Source of the DNA: an uncultured Alphaproteobacteria bacterium
Lineage (GTDB): Bacteria; Pseudomonadota; Alphaproteobacteria; Rs-D84
Direction: 5' to 3'
NCBI GenBank assembly: GCA_944390185.1
Contig: CALXPA010000001.1
Coordinates: forward strand, 1 to 57,912
Length of the DNA: 57,912 bases
In this document: positions 27,037 through 38,249 of the stretch, piece after piece
Layout of the letters: each line of letters begins with the position of its first letter
Position numbering within the stretch: position 1 is the stretch's first letter
Translations under genes and position numbers: made by a program
Notes under the pieces: generated by a model
Told to the model about the DNA's origin: nothing
The model's database searches: none
What the model saw: the letters and a program-made list of their open reading frames with translations, nothing else

Positions 27037-28581
27037 ATGATGTCTTTTGTATCGATGCCCCGTCAAGATTTACTGTTGGCGATTGACTCTTTGGCCCAGG
27101 AAAAGCAAATTGACCGTGAAATCGTCATAGAATCACTAGAGGCAGCAATCGCCAAAATCGCCAAGCATAAATATGGCGAAGAATTTAATATCACGGCAGA
27201 AATTGACCGCAAAAATGGCGCAATTCATGTAAAGCGCCTGTTCGAGGTTATTGAATCCCCCGCGGCCAAGGGCGATGAATATGATGCAAATACGATGCTG
27301 ACGGTGGATGCGGCAAAAAAGTATGCTAAAAATCCACAGGTTGGCGACATCGTCGAAGATGCACTGCCGGAACCAGAATTTGGTCGTATGGCATTCCAAA
27401 CCGCCCGCCAGATTATGACGGCCCGCGTCCGCGATGCTGAAAAAGGACGCCAATACGAAGAATTCAAGGACAGTATCGGTGATATCGTCAGCGGTGTTGT
27501 CAAACGTATTGAATTCGGTAATGTCTTTGTCGATATTAATGGCAAGGCCGAAGGCTATATCAAGGGTACGGAATTAATTCCTGGTGAACGGCTGGCGGTG
27601 GGCGATCGGGTTCGTGCATTGATTATGGACGTTGCGCGGTCTAATTCCGGCCCCCAGATATTCTTGACACGTACACACCCAATGTTTATGGAAAAGCTGT
27701 TCGTCCAAGAAGTGCCCGAAATATACGAAGGGGTTATTAAAATCAAATCTGTGGCACGTGCCCCCGGCAGTCACGCGAAAATCGCGGTCGAAACCCAGGA
27801 TCCATCCATTGACGCGGTGGGTATGACCGTTGGTATCAAGGGTACACGTATCCAGCCTGTTATCAACGAATGTCACGGTGAAAAAATTGACGTTATTTTG
27901 TATTCTGATGACCCGGCGGTATTTATCGTTAATGCCATGCAGCCGGCCAAGGTCGCAAAAATTATCGTTGACGAAGATACACGCAGTGCGGCGGTTGTCG
28001 TTAACGAAGACCAACAGTCTCTGGCAATTGGGCGCCGCGGACAAAATGTGCGTCTGGCGTCGCAGTTAACCGGATGGAATATTGACGTCATGAACGAAGT
28101 CGAAGAACAAGAACGTCGCGCCAAAGAAGTCAAAGAAAAAACAGAATTGTTTATCAGTGGTCTGGATGTTGACGAAATGCTGGCGCATCTGCTGATTACC
28201 GAAGGATTCAGAACAATCGAAGAAATTGCCTTTGTTGATATCGGTGAACTGGAAAGTATCCAGGGCTTTAACGCGGAATTGGCGACAGAACTGCAAAATC
28301 GCGCCCGTGCGTATCTGCAGAAACAGGAACAAGAATACAAAGATGCCGGTCACCAATTGGGCATGGCGGACGATTTGTTAAACTTTGATTTTATCAAGCG
28401 GCCGATTATAATGCAATTGGGCAACGCCGGGATAAAATCACTGGGCGATTTGGCGGATTTGGATACAGACGAACTGATTGAAATTGTCGGCGAAGATAAT
28501 ATGAGTCCGCGTCTGGCCGGTCGCGTCATTATGAAGGCGCGCGAATTGGCGTATGGCATTACCCAGGGTGATGAAGAATAA
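27037..28581 (+). CDS. nusA: Transcription termination/antitermination factor NusA
   Basis: S1, KH1 and KH2 domains (..IGRRGQNVRLASQLTGW.I.V) plus C-terminal HhH repeats. Confidence 0.95.
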   Translation: MMSFVSMPRQDLLLAIDSLAQEKQIDREIVIESLEAAIAKIAKHKYGEEFNITAEIDRKNGAIHVKRLFEVIESPAAKGDEYDANTMLTVDAAKKYAKNPQVGDIVEDALPEPEFGRMAFQTARQIMTARVRDAEKGRQYEEFKDSIGDIVSGVVKRIEFGNVFVDINGKAEGYIKGTELIPGERLAVGDRVRALIMDVARSNSGPQIFLTRTHPMFMEKLFVQEVPEIYEGVIKIKSVARAPGSHAKIAVETQDPSIDAVGMTVGIKGTRIQPVINECHGEKIDVILYSDDPAVFIVNAMQPAKVAKIIVDEDTRSAAVVVNEDQQSLAIGRRGQNVRLASQLTGWNIDVMNEVEEQERRAKEVKEKTELFISGLDVDEMLAHLLITEGFRTIEEIAFVDIGELESIQGFNAELATELQNRARAYLQKQEQEYKDAGHQLGMADDLLNFDFIKRPIIMQLGNAGIKSLGDLADLDTDELIEIVGEDNMSPRLAGRVIMKARELAYGITQGDEE

Positions 28582-28603
28582 ATTTTAAACGGAGTAAATT
28601 TAT

Positions 28604-31009
28604 ATGGCGACATTAACACTTGGAAAATCTGTAACAATTGATCAGGTGGCCAGTAAAAAGGGCGACGCGGTGTTCGTTGAACGCCGTCGTCGCGTTGTTG
28701 CCCCCGGCAGCAAAGAATTACGTGACGAACCTGTGGCACCGTCTGCACCGCATAATGCCGCAGATGAAAAGTTGCGTGCTGTATTGGCCGCGGCCCGTGC
28801 CCGCGAAGAAGAACGCAAACAGCGTGCCGCCGCCGAAGAGGCCGCGGCCCGTGCCCGTGCGGCTGAAATCGAACGCGAAAATCGCGAATATGAACAGGTC
28901 AAAGAACAATTGGCTGCACGTGAAAATACTGTCGCCGCACCCGATACATCATCGCCCGCGGTACCGGAACGTCAAAACGCTGGTGCGAAAAAGCAATTTA
29001 ATAACGCCGATGCGCCACGCGGCCGTTCGGGCCGTGACGACGATGATGATATGCTTGGGACACGTCCGTCTAAATTCGGTAATACCAAGAAAGAATTTAA
29101 GAAGTCAGGAAAAATATCCTTGCACGATATTGTAATTGGTGGCGATGATGACGATGATGAAATCGGATTGCGTGGTGCAAACCGTCGCCGGTCCGAAGCA
29201 TCGCTGAAGCGTTTTCGTGAAAAGGCCCGCGCCATATTCACCGCCCCGCAAAAGGTTGAACATGTTGTTACACTGGGCGATACAATAACCGTCAAAGATT
29301 TGGCCAACGCGATGGCGGAAAAGGTTGGCAATGTTATCAAGAAATTGATGGAAATGGGCATGATGGCGTCCCAGAACCAGTCTATTGATGCCGATACCGC
29401 CGAACTGATTGCCAGTGAATTTGGTGCCAAGGTAAAACGCGTGGATGTAAAGCCGTACGCGGACCAGTTGGAACGCGAACCAAATCCAGAAAATCTGCAG
29501 CCACGTCCACCCGTGGTTACGGTTGTGGGACACGTGGACCATGGCAAAACGTCACTGTTGGATGCGTTTCGTCATGCGAATGTCGCCGCGCGCGAGGCTG
29601 GTGGAATTACCCAGCATGTTTCTGCGTACGAAGTGAAAACAAAATCTGGTGCAATGATAACGTTTTTGGACACGCCGGGTCACGAAACATTTACTGCGAT
29701 GCGTGCACGTGGTGCCCAATTGGCAGATATTGTTGTGTTGGTTGTTGCGGCGAATGATTCTATTATGCCCCAAACCATAGAGGCAATAAATCACATCCGC
29801 GCGGCAAATGTTCCATTTATTGTTGCAATTAATAAAATCGATTTACCAGACGCAAACCCAGATCGCGTCAGAACAGACCTGTTACAGCAAGAGGTCCAGG
29901 TCGAAGAACTGGGGGGTGATGTGCAAAGTGTCGAAATATCTGCGACGAAACACATTGGCCTGGAAAAATTAGAAGAGGCAATTTTGCTGCAGGCGGGCAT
30001 AATGGACCTGCGGGCGGATCCGGATATGCCGGCCGCCGCCTATGTGGTAGAGGCCAAGATGGAACGCGGCCTGGGCGCGGTTGCGACGGTATTAATACGC
30101 CAAGGTACGCTGAAAATCGGCGATGTGTTTGTCGTTGGCGAAACATTTGGGCGTGTGCGCGGTCTGATAAATTCGACCGGTGAACGTGTAAAGTCTGTTA
30201 AACCGGGCCAGCCGATTGTTGTTCTGGGGCTGGACGCGGTGCCAAACGCCGGTGATGAATTGCGCGTCATGGATACCGAGGCCCAGGCCCGTTCTGTTGC
30301 GGCGTATCGTGTACAACAGGCCCGCGACAAGGCGAACGCGGTAAAGCGTTCATCGCTGCAGGAATTATTTGCACGTCGTGATGAAAACAAAAAACTGGTG
30401 CTGCCGATTGTATTGCGCGCGGATGTCCAGGGCAGTGTAGAGGCAATTACAGATATGCTGCGCACCATTAACACCGACAAGGTTGGCGTAGATATCCTGG
30501 CGGCGGGCGTCGGACAAATTACCGAAGGTGACATACGTTTGGCGTCGGCGTCTGGGGCGGTTATAATTGCATTTAATGTGCGTGCGGATGCCGCGGTGCG
30601 TGATATGGCGCGCAGTGCGGGTGTTGATATTCGCTATCACAGTGTGGTATATCGCATCACAGACGAAATCAAAGAAATCTTGGCCGGGAAATTGGCCCCA
30701 GAAAGAAAAGAGAACTTTATTGGATATGCCGATGTTATCGCGCTGTTCACCGTGGGCAAGGGCACACGTGTGGCGGGCTGTCGCGTATCCGAAGGTGTGA
30801 TAAAGAAAGACGCGTTCGTTCGTCTGTTGCGTGACAATGTCGTTATATACGATGGTAAAATTGGCGAACTGCGCCGCGAAAAGAACGAAGTACGCGAAGT
30901 ATCTGGCGCCGGCGTCGAATTTGGTATGTCATTTGACAAGTATAACGATTTAAAAGAAGGCGATCGTGTCGAATGCTATGAAGTCCAAGAGATTCGCGCC
31001 CAGTTATAA
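28604..31009 (+). CDS. infB: Translation initiation factor IF-2
   Basis: G-domain motifs [20 protein letters not shown] and NKID. Confidence 0.95.
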   Translation: MATLTLGKSVTIDQVASKKGDAVFVERRRRVVAPGSKELRDEPVAPSAPHNAADEKLRAVLAAARAREEERKQRAAAEEAAARARAAEIERENREYEQVKEQLAARENTVAAPDTSSPAVPERQNAGAKKQFNNADAPRGRSGRDDDDDMLGTRPSKFGNTKKEFKKSGKISLHDIVIGGDDDDDEIGLRGANRRRSEASLKRFREKARAIFTAPQKVEHVVTLGDTITVKDLANAMAEKVGNVIKKLMEMGMMASQNQSIDADTAELIASEFGAKVKRVDVKPYADQLEREPNPENLQPRPPVVTVVGHVDHGKTSLLDAFRHANVAAREAGGITQHVSAYEVKTKSGAMITFLDTPGHETFTAMRARGAQLADIVVLVVAANDSIMPQTIEAINHIRAANVPFIVAINKIDLPDANPDRVRTDLLQQEVQVEELGGDVQSVEISATKHIGLEKLEEAILLQAGIMDLRADPDMPAAAYVVEAKMERGLGAVATVLIRQGTLKIGDVFVVGETFGRVRGLINSTGERVKSVKPGQPIVVLGLDAVPNAGDELRVMDTEAQARSVAAYRVQQARDKANAVKRSSLQELFARRDENKKLVLPIVLRADVQGSVEAITDMLRTINTDKVGVDILAAGVGQITEGDIRLASASGAVIIAFNVRADAAVRDMARSAGVDIRYHSVVYRITDEIKEILAGKLAPERKENFIGYADVIALFTVGKGTRVAGCRVSEGVIKKDAFVRLLRDNVVIYDGKIGELRREKNEVREVSGAGVEFGMSFDKYNDLKEGDRVECYEVQEIRAQL

Positions 31010-31049
31010 AAAAACATGGGGCATGTTGATTTTTCTGGTCAACGTGCCC
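31006..31049. terminator. Hairpin terminator between infB and the BamB-like gene
   Basis: 12-bp stem GGGGCATGTTGA/TCAACGTGCCCC (31017-31049). The A-run on the plus side gives a T-run for the minus-strand gene. Confidence 0.65.
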
Positions 31050-31061
31050 CTAAAAATTCGC

Positions 31062-31790
31062 TTATGATATCAATGCGCCATCTGTGGCGTTTATTTTTTG
31101 CTTTCCAACTGTGATGATTTTATTGTCGTATTTTGGTTCTGCCTGGGCATCAACCGGTGTGCGCCAATAAACCGCACCATCAGATGTTCTGATTGCGTAC
31201 AGGTTATTGTCAGCTGCAACAACAAACGCCACATCATCGGTCACGATGAACGGCACCGCCACTGCAATATCCAGACACCACCGCTTGTTCCCATCCAGCG
31301 GGTTTATCCGACAAAACGCATCCCCCAGTCCGCCAACATACAGTGCGCCATCGTGCATAACCAATGGTGCAATAATGTCAACAATTGCGGCGCCACCGGT
31401 CATATTGCTGGGGCGAAAGACATCGGCAATCCATGCGATTTTGCGTGATTTTGGTGCGACCTTGACCACTTCGCCAGTGGTCAGACCGGCATAAACGTAC
31501 CCATGCGCACAGATTGGCTGCTGGTCGCTTTGCACGGCGTTATTTGTGGGGAAACCGCTGAAAATTTTTCTGTCCCCATCCCAAATAACATTGGATGAAT
31601 CCTGGGTATAATCACATTCGTCGGGCGTCGCCGTGTCAATCACATCAGGCAGATTTTCAACACTGGTATTCAACAGTGTTATATTGTTTGTGTCAAAGAC
31701 AGGGGTGCGTACACCTGGCAATATCGGGTCGTGTTCTGTACATGCGGACAACAGACCCAAACACACAGTAATGACGATAATTTTTCGCAT
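31062..31790 (-). CDS. PQQ-like beta-propeller lipoprotein (short BamB-like)
   Basis: Lipobox LSAC and repeated ...G.VY.....G.l.A....dG...W motifs. Sits downstream of a YfgM-like gene, as yfgM-bamB does in other bacteria. Only about 242 aa. Confidence 0.55.
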   Translation of the reverse strand: MRKIIVITVCLGLLSACTEHDPILPGVRTPVFDTNNITLLNTSVENLPDVIDTATPDECDYTQDSSNVIWDGDRKIFSGFPTNNAVQSDQQPICAHGYVYAGLTTGEVVKVAPKSRKIAWIADVFRPSNMTGGAAIVDIIAPLVMHDGALYVGGLGDAFCRINPLDGNKRWCLDIAVAVPFIVTDDVAFVVAADNNLYAIRTSDGAVYWRTPVDAQAEPKYDNKIITVGKQKINATDGALIS

Positions 31791-31813
31791 TTGATACACC
31801 CCCTTGATTCCAG

Positions 31814-32464
31814 CTAGCGCAATGTTTGGGCGGTGGACAAAATCAACGCCGGGGTATTTTCATCATTGATGATTACGTCCAGCCATTTATTTGCAGCATC
31901 GTGATTGCCATCCGCCAGATACTTTTGTGCCACCATTAACCGCGATGTGTAATAGTACGGCGAACTGTGCGTATCCATCGGCGCCAGATAATCTTCGACT
32001 GCGGCCGCGGTCATATCATCCCCACGCAGTCCGACAATATGTAAACGCGCCAAATCGCGCATGTCGCGGGTTGCGCCATCGTTGGCCAGCTTTTCCAGTT
32101 TTGTTACGTCGTTGTCCAACAAATAAGACTGGAACAGGGCCAAATCACCGGTTGCCCCGCGGGCGTTTTCGGCGACCGCATTCAGCATGGTTGCGTCCAT
32201 ATTATTTATCGCGGTTTCATATGTCTGGGCCACAGCGATTTTATGTGCACGATATGTGCGTACACCGATGACGACCGCGGTCGTTATAATCAGCACGGCC
32301 AGTGCGGCACCAATGATATACCGGGAATATTTTTTAACGAACGCCATGGTTTTTTCGTTGTTTACTTCTTCCCAAACCTCGCGATACAGGGCGTCTTCGG
32401 CGTATTCTTCGCGTGTTTTTTTCTTTGGTGCGATTTTTTTATTTCTTTCCAGAATTGATGCCAT
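31814..32464 (-). CDS. YfgM-like membrane-anchored TPR protein
   Basis: Basic N-terminus, one TM helix and a helical periplasmic domain. Position upstream of the BamB-like gene supports the call. Confidence 0.5.
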   Translation of the reverse strand: MASILERNKKIAPKKKTREEYAEDALYREVWEEVNNEKTMAFVKKYSRYIIGAALAVLIITTAVVIGVRTYRAHKIAVAQTYETAINNMDATMLNAVAENARGATGDLALFQSYLLDNDVTKLEKLANDGATRDMRDLARLHIVGLRGDDMTAAAVEDYLAPMDTHSSPYYYTSRLMVAQKYLADGNHDAANKWLDVIINDENTPALILSTAQTLR

Positions 32465-32494
32465 GGAAAATTCTCCTGTTTTTATTATGGTACC

Positions 32495-32522
32495 TTGATA
32501 AATCTTAATTTATTGCTATACT
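32495..32522 (+). promoter_or_regulatory. Sigma-70-type promoter upstream of rpoH
   Basis: TTGATA, 16-nt spacer, TATACT. Confidence 0.45.
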
Positions 32523-32531
32523 ATAAAAGTT

Positions 32532-33446
32532 ATGAAAAAGCAAATCAAGAACGCTTTACCGGTTACACAAAATCAGACTCTGGTCGCCACCCGTGGTGTC
32601 AACGACGAAACCAGTCTGGCCCAGTACATTCAAAACGTCCAGAAAATACCAATCTTGTCGGCGTCCGAAGAATATGAATACGCGACCAAATGGACACGTG
32701 ATCATGATGCGGCGGCGGCGGAAAAACTGGTGGCCAGTCATCTGCGCATGGTGGTATCTGTGGCGTATGACTTTCGTAATTATGGTGTGCCGTTTGGCGA
32801 TTTGATTGCCAGTGGAAATATGGGCCTGATGCAGGCGTTGCAAAAATTTGACCCTGAAAAGGGCTTTCGATTTTCAACATACGCCATGTTTTGGATTCGG
32901 GCAGAAATTTATGAAACGATTTTGCAGAATTGGTCGATTGTAAAAATCGGCACGTCTGCAAATCAAAAGCGCGTGTTCTTTAACCTGGCGCGGGCACGGC
33001 GTGCGCTGGGGATAATGGATGGGAATTTATCGGACGACCAGACAAAGCAGATTGCGGATTATTTAAATGTGCCTGAAAACGATGTCCGTCGTATGTCTAC
33101 GCGGATGTCGGCGCGTGATGTATCGCTGAATGCGCCTGTGCATACGGATGACGATGCGCGTGATATTTTGTCGAATATGCCTGATGACAAGGACAGCATC
33201 CAGGATAATATGGAACGGATAGAATTTCGGCGCCGCGGGTACGAATTATTACGTGAAAACCTGGATAAATTACCGACGCGTGATCGGGAAATACTGGTGG
33301 CGCGGCGTTTGTCGGACCCGGCATTGACATTAGAGGCCCTGTCCCAGAAATACGGCGTGTCACGTGAACGTGTGCGCCAGATAGAAGAACGCGCATATAA
33401 CAAATTACGCGATGCCATCTTGGCCGCGTCCCAGGAGGATAACTGA
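32532..33446 (+). CDS. rpoH: RNA polymerase sigma-32 (heat-shock sigma factor)
   Basis: Regions 2-4 of sigma-70 plus an RpoH-box-like NQKRVFFNLARAR. Confidence 0.9.
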   Translation: MKKQIKNALPVTQNQTLVATRGVNDETSLAQYIQNVQKIPILSASEEYEYATKWTRDHDAAAAEKLVASHLRMVVSVAYDFRNYGVPFGDLIASGNMGLMQALQKFDPEKGFRFSTYAMFWIRAEIYETILQNWSIVKIGTSANQKRVFFNLARARRALGIMDGNLSDDQTKQIADYLNVPENDVRRMSTRMSARDVSLNAPVHTDDDARDILSNMPDDKDSIQDNMERIEFRRRGYELLRENLDKLPTRDREILVARRLSDPALTLEALSQKYGVSRERVRQIEERAYNKLRDAILAASQEDN

Positions 33447-34549
33447 TGACTGTACGATATAGTGTGCGTGTATTTTGGGTGGCAGTGTTTATGCTGTTGA
33501 CGACTGGGGCGTTTGACATGGCGCACGGGTTTTCGCTGTCGTCGGGCACATTGACGCGCCTGATATCAGATTTCCCAGGAACGCTGGCGAACGCGCTGCG
33601 ATATGATGGTGAAAAATTTGGGTTCAAGATAAATGGCTATGGTACCGCCGGGTTATTGGAACCGGACTTTGAAACGCCGTATTTTATTAACGATTGGCGT
33701 GTTCGTGGTGAATTCAATTATCATCCTGGGGCAAATACATTTGGTCTGGTTTACGCGATTGATGCCGCGGCGGTGGACGAAGATAAATTCATGCGCGAAG
33801 GGTTTGCATACTGGCAGCATCGTGACTATGGCCGGATGGAAATTGGTTTTACGGATTCTGTGGCACGCAAGTTGGGGGTTGGACTGCCGGATGTTGGCGG
33901 ACTGCGCGTGAATGACAAGCCACTGTTTTACAAAAAAATTCAGCCCAGCGGTCCCGTAATATCAGATACTACGTTGACAACGGGTCGATCTGCGTTGCGC
34001 ATGAATTTGGTGTCTATGCCGTTGCACGGCGCCCAGTATGGTTTGTCTGTGGCGGGCATAACAGACGATTATGATTACGCGATTGATGCCGGAATCAAAT
34101 TGCGCAGTCCCGGGGGCAAGGTCAAGACCGCATACGCATTTGGTGCGTCGTTTATGTCGCGTCCTGATAATTATCACACTGACGCATATACCCCACGCGT
34201 AAATGCAGATTGGCGTGCCCAGGTATCTGGTGGTATGAATTTACAGTATAACAGTTTTATGTGGGGACTGACCGCGCGCGTGATTTATGATGATGACCCA
34301 ATTGGCCCAATATCGGATGGCCTGGCATTGGGCACAGGGGTCAGTTATGATATACTGAATTACAGTGTGTCTTTGACATATATTTTGTCTGATACCGGGG
34401 TGTGGAATCATGACATAGACGACTATATTGATCACACGGCAATTGCATCGTTACGGTATAAATACAGTGAAAACGTTGATTTATGGATATCGCTGGGGAT
34501 GACCAGTGAAACCCCATTTGTTTCTGCAGGATTACGATTGACGATATAG
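33446..34549 (+). CDS. Putative outer-membrane beta-barrel (porin-like) protein
   Basis: Signal-peptide-like N-terminus and alternating amphipathic strands rich in Y/G/D/N. No precise family recognised. Confidence 0.35.
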   Translation: MTVRYSVRVFWVAVFMLLTTGAFDMAHGFSLSSGTLTRLISDFPGTLANALRYDGEKFGFKINGYGTAGLLEPDFETPYFINDWRVRGEFNYHPGANTFGLVYAIDAAAVDEDKFMREGFAYWQHRDYGRMEIGFTDSVARKLGVGLPDVGGLRVNDKPLFYKKIQPSGPVISDTTLTTGRSALRMNLVSMPLHGAQYGLSVAGITDDYDYAIDAGIKLRSPGGKVKTAYAFGASFMSRPDNYHTDAYTPRVNADWRAQVSGGMNLQYNSFMWGLTARVIYDDDPIGPISDGLALGTGVSYDILNYSVSLTYILSDTGVWNHDIDDYIDHTAIASLRYKYSENVDLWISLGMTSETPFVSAGLRLTI

Positions 34550-34587
34550 CGCCGCCCCCGTTGGCCGGGCCCCGCCCCGGATACGCA

Positions 34588-36810
34588 TTATTTCTTTACG
34601 GGTTCCAGTTCTTTTGTTTCCTTGGTTTGTGGAATATACATGCGCGGATTACCGGCATAGCCCAACGCCGCATGATGCGATGGGATTAAAAATTCCGGCA
34701 ACGGACTGCATGCGCCCATCGCCATAAATCCGGCCAGACGCGGGTCGCTGAACGCGTATTGTTTGTCTGCCTCGATAGGGCGGTGGTACCATCCCTGGAA
34801 TATCACCAGTTGTTTTTTATCATCCAGTTTCATGATATCCATTGGCGTATACAGCGGTTCTTCGGACTTTTCTTCTTTATCCTTGCCGTCGGGTCCCTTG
34901 ACTGTTTTGATTTTAATCTTGTCACCCATCATATCAGAAAATCTGCGTGCGGTATCTGGGTCATTTTGACGCATAACAATCTTGGCGGCGGTTGTTGATA
35001 TAATTGTGGCGGCGGCATCTGCGCCGTATTTTTCCTGAATCTGGTGGATATCTTGACCGATAATCAGATACGATACCTTTTGCCCGCGCCCCAGGTCGGG
35101 TCCCTGGATGACGGCCTGTAACTTTTGCATTTTCGGCATTTCGTCCAGCACGAACAGCACCGGATACGGCCCCAGTTTTTTACCGGCGTGTTCTGCCTCT
35201 GGCTTGTTCGCCAACAGAAAGTTCGTCATCAGTTCGATAAATATCCCAGTAATTGGGTTTAACGCCTGGGCATCGACCATATTGATAGACAGATATACGG
35301 TTACTGGCTTTACCTTGCCATCGCGTGGATCGACCATGCCGCGCAAATCGGCAAAGTGGAAATCAGAATGACTGGTGCGATTGCGCACAGCGGCGTTGCG
35401 GAATATTGACAATCCTTCCATAACAGTGGAAATAATAGATCCGCGTTCTTTATCAGGTGTGTTCGCCAGTTGTGTTAATTCCAACACGGCGCGGTGCGCG
35501 TATGCATATTGGCGTGCTTCTTCTACGGCGCCCATAAACAGTTCATGTGCCGGATCGGCCAGTGCGACCATTTGATCACCGGCGCGGCGGCGTTCTTCCA
35601 GTTCTTGGGCCATTGCAATCTGGCTGCTGTTCAACCAGTCCATAATCATTGATAATGATGCCTCGCGTCCGATCCATGCGTCTGGGATGTTTTTCCATGT
35701 GCCGATATGGACATAGTTCATCGCGTTCAGTTCCCCACGCTGCAGCAGTGCCAGCGCCGTATACGCGTTCGGATCATTTATCATCGACAGGTAATAGTCG
35801 CCCAGCACGGCGGCATCTTCGTCATCAAACGTGCCCGATGTTATGCGGGCATAGAAATAATCATCGGCCTTGGCACGTTCTATTTTTGATACCATAAACT
35901 GGACCAAACCAGACAGCGCCGCACGCCCCGAAATTGTCCAGTGTGGATCGGCGGACGATGCCTCCTTGTCAGAAATCAGAACATTGCACATAGAATCAAT
36001 GTACAAATCACGTTGTTCTTGGTTAAATGGCACGTGTTCCGGCGACAGCGGGTTCCACGATGGATAATATATACCGCGCGCGGGGTCATCCTGGCCCGCC
36101 CAGTTCATAATGAACACTGGCCCAATTGTTGACCGATATGCCGATGAAGTTTGGTACAATTCCGGCTTTGGGTCATTAATAATCATCGATACATTATTAC
36201 ATTCAAAGATTGTTGGCAATACAACGCCCTGGGATTTACCGGTCCCCGGGGGCGCAACGCACAGCGCCGACAAACATTCATTCATCATCAGCGGCTTTTT
36301 CTTGAAATATCCCAACACCATCATGAATCCCTTCAGCAGTCCCATTTTTTCAATATCTTCCTTGGTGGCTTTGTTTGATGATTTGTCGTCAAACTTGTCA
36401 CTGCCATACGGGTTAAATTCTTTGACCAGGGTGCTGTCTGCCATAAAGAAATACGCGATAATCGGCAACAGCGGCGTTATACATGCCAAATCCGTTCGTA
36501 ACAGCGACCGCATGAACCATGCCGGTATCTCTGCGATAACGGACATGCCGCCACTGGTTAACATGTTGTAAAAATATATCGATGTCCACTGTGCGGTGGC
36601 CGGCGACCATCCGTATCGCCAAATATGTTCAATCCAGAACGACAGCGCAAACGCCAACGCACATACCAGCCATATCCCCACCGCCCACCGCAGCGACCAG
36701 AACACAGACGCCATGGGCCCGCGCATCGTTTCTTTATATGCGCTGGATTTAAAGATGTTCAGGCCTTTGCCCTTGCCACCGGCGGATAAAATCTTGAATT
36801 TTTCGACCAT
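34588..36810 (-). CDS. Type IV secretion coupling protein (VirD4/TraG family)
   Basis: N-terminal TM helices, Walker A CVAPPGTGKSQGVVLPT, Walker B-like VLFVLDEMPKM, and ...GQDIHQIQEKYG. Confidence 0.8.
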   Translation of the reverse strand: MVEKFKILSAGGKGKGLNIFKSSAYKETMRGPMASVFWSLRWAVGIWLVCALAFALSFWIEHIWRYGWSPATAQWTSIYFYNMLTSGGMSVIAEIPAWFMRSLLRTDLACITPLLPIIAYFFMADSTLVKEFNPYGSDKFDDKSSNKATKEDIEKMGLLKGFMMVLGYFKKKPLMMNECLSALCVAPPGTGKSQGVVLPTIFECNNVSMIINDPKPELYQTSSAYRSTIGPVFIMNWAGQDDPARGIYYPSWNPLSPEHVPFNQEQRDLYIDSMCNVLISDKEASSADPHWTISGRAALSGLVQFMVSKIERAKADDYFYARITSGTFDDEDAAVLGDYYLSMINDPNAYTALALLQRGELNAMNYVHIGTWKNIPDAWIGREASLSMIMDWLNSSQIAMAQELEERRRAGDQMVALADPAHELFMGAVEEARQYAYAHRAVLELTQLANTPDKERGSIISTVMEGLSIFRNAAVRNRTSHSDFHFADLRGMVDPRDGKVKPVTVYLSINMVDAQALNPITGIFIELMTNFLLANKPEAEHAGKKLGPYPVLFVLDEMPKMQKLQAVIQGPDLGRGQKVSYLIIGQDIHQIQEKYGADAAATIISTTAAKIVMRQNDPDTARRFSDMMGDKIKIKTVKGPDGKDKEEKSEEPLYTPMDIMKLDDKKQLVIFQGWYHRPIEADKQYAFSDPRLAGFMAMGACSPLPEFLIPSHHAALGYAGNPRMYIPQTKETKELEPVKK

Positions 36811-36867
36811 TATTGGTATATTATACCAGAAAAATATTGAATTTTAAATCGTGAAATAAAAAAGAAT

Positions 36868-37524
36868 ATGAAAAATATCCCGCGGATTTTTGTTGGCGAC
36901 GACGTTACCACCGGCGCAGTTATTACGCCCAGCGCGGACACAGTGCACTATCTGACGCGTGTTATGCGCCGCCGCGATTGCATCGTGTTTGGTGGCGGTC
37001 GCGAATATGCGGCACAATTATCAGATGATGGAAAATCAATTATGGTTGGTGCGCAAACGGCGCACACAGACCCATCAAACGATATAACATTAATGTTTGC
37101 GCCGATTAAACGAACAGACGATTTAATGAATATGGCGACGCAAATGGGCGTTGCCGCGTTTCTGCCGGTGATTACTGAACGAACGAATGCCGAACATATA
37201 AATTGGTCGCGTATGAATAAAATTGTTATAGAGGCGGCCGAGCAATCAAATCGCAACAGTGTGCCAAAAATTTTACCACCAATAAAATTTTCGGAATTGG
37301 ATTTGTCGGGCATTGCCTTTGCAGACGAACGTGCGGCGTATGGCGCCGAATTGCCACATACGCTGCGCGGGGTAAATAAAATCCTGGTTGGACCCGCCGG
37401 GGGATTTTCAGATGCGGAATTTGCGGCCTTGGATGCGGCGGGCGCGGTCGGAATCAGTTTGGGAAAAACAATACTGCGCGCGGAATTGGCGGCGGCAATC
37501 GCAATCAGCCGGATAACAGAATGA
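36868..37524 (+). CDS. rsmE: 16S rRNA (uracil1498-N3)-methyltransferase RsmE
   Basis: IPRIFV... N-terminus and ...ILVGPAGGFSDAEF........SLG..ILRAE.A. Confidence 0.85.
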   Translation: MKNIPRIFVGDDVTTGAVITPSADTVHYLTRVMRRRDCIVFGGGREYAAQLSDDGKSIMVGAQTAHTDPSNDITLMFAPIKRTDDLMNMATQMGVAAFLPVITERTNAEHINWSRMNKIVIEAAEQSNRNSVPKILPPIKFSELDLSGIAFADERAAYGAELPHTLRGVNKILVGPAGGFSDAEFAALDAAGAVGISLGKTILRAELAAAIAISRITE

Positions 37525-38219
37525 AAACACGCATTGCAAAGTTTATCGCAGATTCTGGCGTTGCATCACGACGCGTTGCCGAAGATATGATTGCATCAGG
37601 TCGGATCACAGTAAATGGTGTGGTGATTGATACGCCTGTGACGTTTGTTGACGATGATGATAAAATCGCTGTGGATGGCGTGCGCGTGCATGCACGCGAC
37701 GAAACAGAACTGTACGCATTTCATAAACCGATAGACACAATGACGACCACACATGACCCGGCGGGACGCAAGACAATTTATGATTGTATGTCCCCAGAAT
37801 ATAAAAAGCTAAAATATATTGGACGTCTGGATTACAAGACAACTGGGTTACTGTTGTTGACGAATGATGGTGCGCTGGCGCGGAAATTGACATTGCCGTC
37901 ATCACATATTGCGCGTGTGTACGTTGCGACTGTGGAACGGGTTGATGCTGCGGGACTGGCACGCGCCCAGCGCGGAATAACGGTTGATGGTGTAACATAT
38001 CGACCGATGAAAATAGACATTTTGTCCGACAAAGAATTGCGCGTCTGCGTGGACGAAGGCAAAAAGAACGAGGTTCGAATTGTTCTGCGTGCGTGCGGGT
38101 GTCCGGTTCGAAAATTGCATCGCATATCGTTTGGGCCGATTGAACTAGGAAATCTGTCGGTGGGAAAAATTAGAAAAATAAATCAGAAAACAATTGACGC
38201 GCTGGTAAAAACTCTCTAG
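37521..38219 (+). CDS. RsuA/RluB-family pseudouridine synthase
   Basis: S4 domain (RIAKFIADSGVASRR.AE..I..GRITVNG) and catalytic GRLDYKTTGLLLLTNDG. Confidence 0.85.
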   Translation: MKTRIAKFIADSGVASRRVAEDMIASGRITVNGVVIDTPVTFVDDDDKIAVDGVRVHARDETELYAFHKPIDTMTTTHDPAGRKTIYDCMSPEYKKLKYIGRLDYKTTGLLLLTNDGALARKLTLPSSHIARVYVATVERVDAAGLARAQRGITVDGVTYRPMKIDILSDKELRVCVDEGKKNEVRIVLRACGCPVRKLHRISFGPIELGNLSVGKIRKINQKTIDALVKTL

Positions 38220-38249
38220 AATCCAATTAACCAGGAAGGGAGAGTTTGC

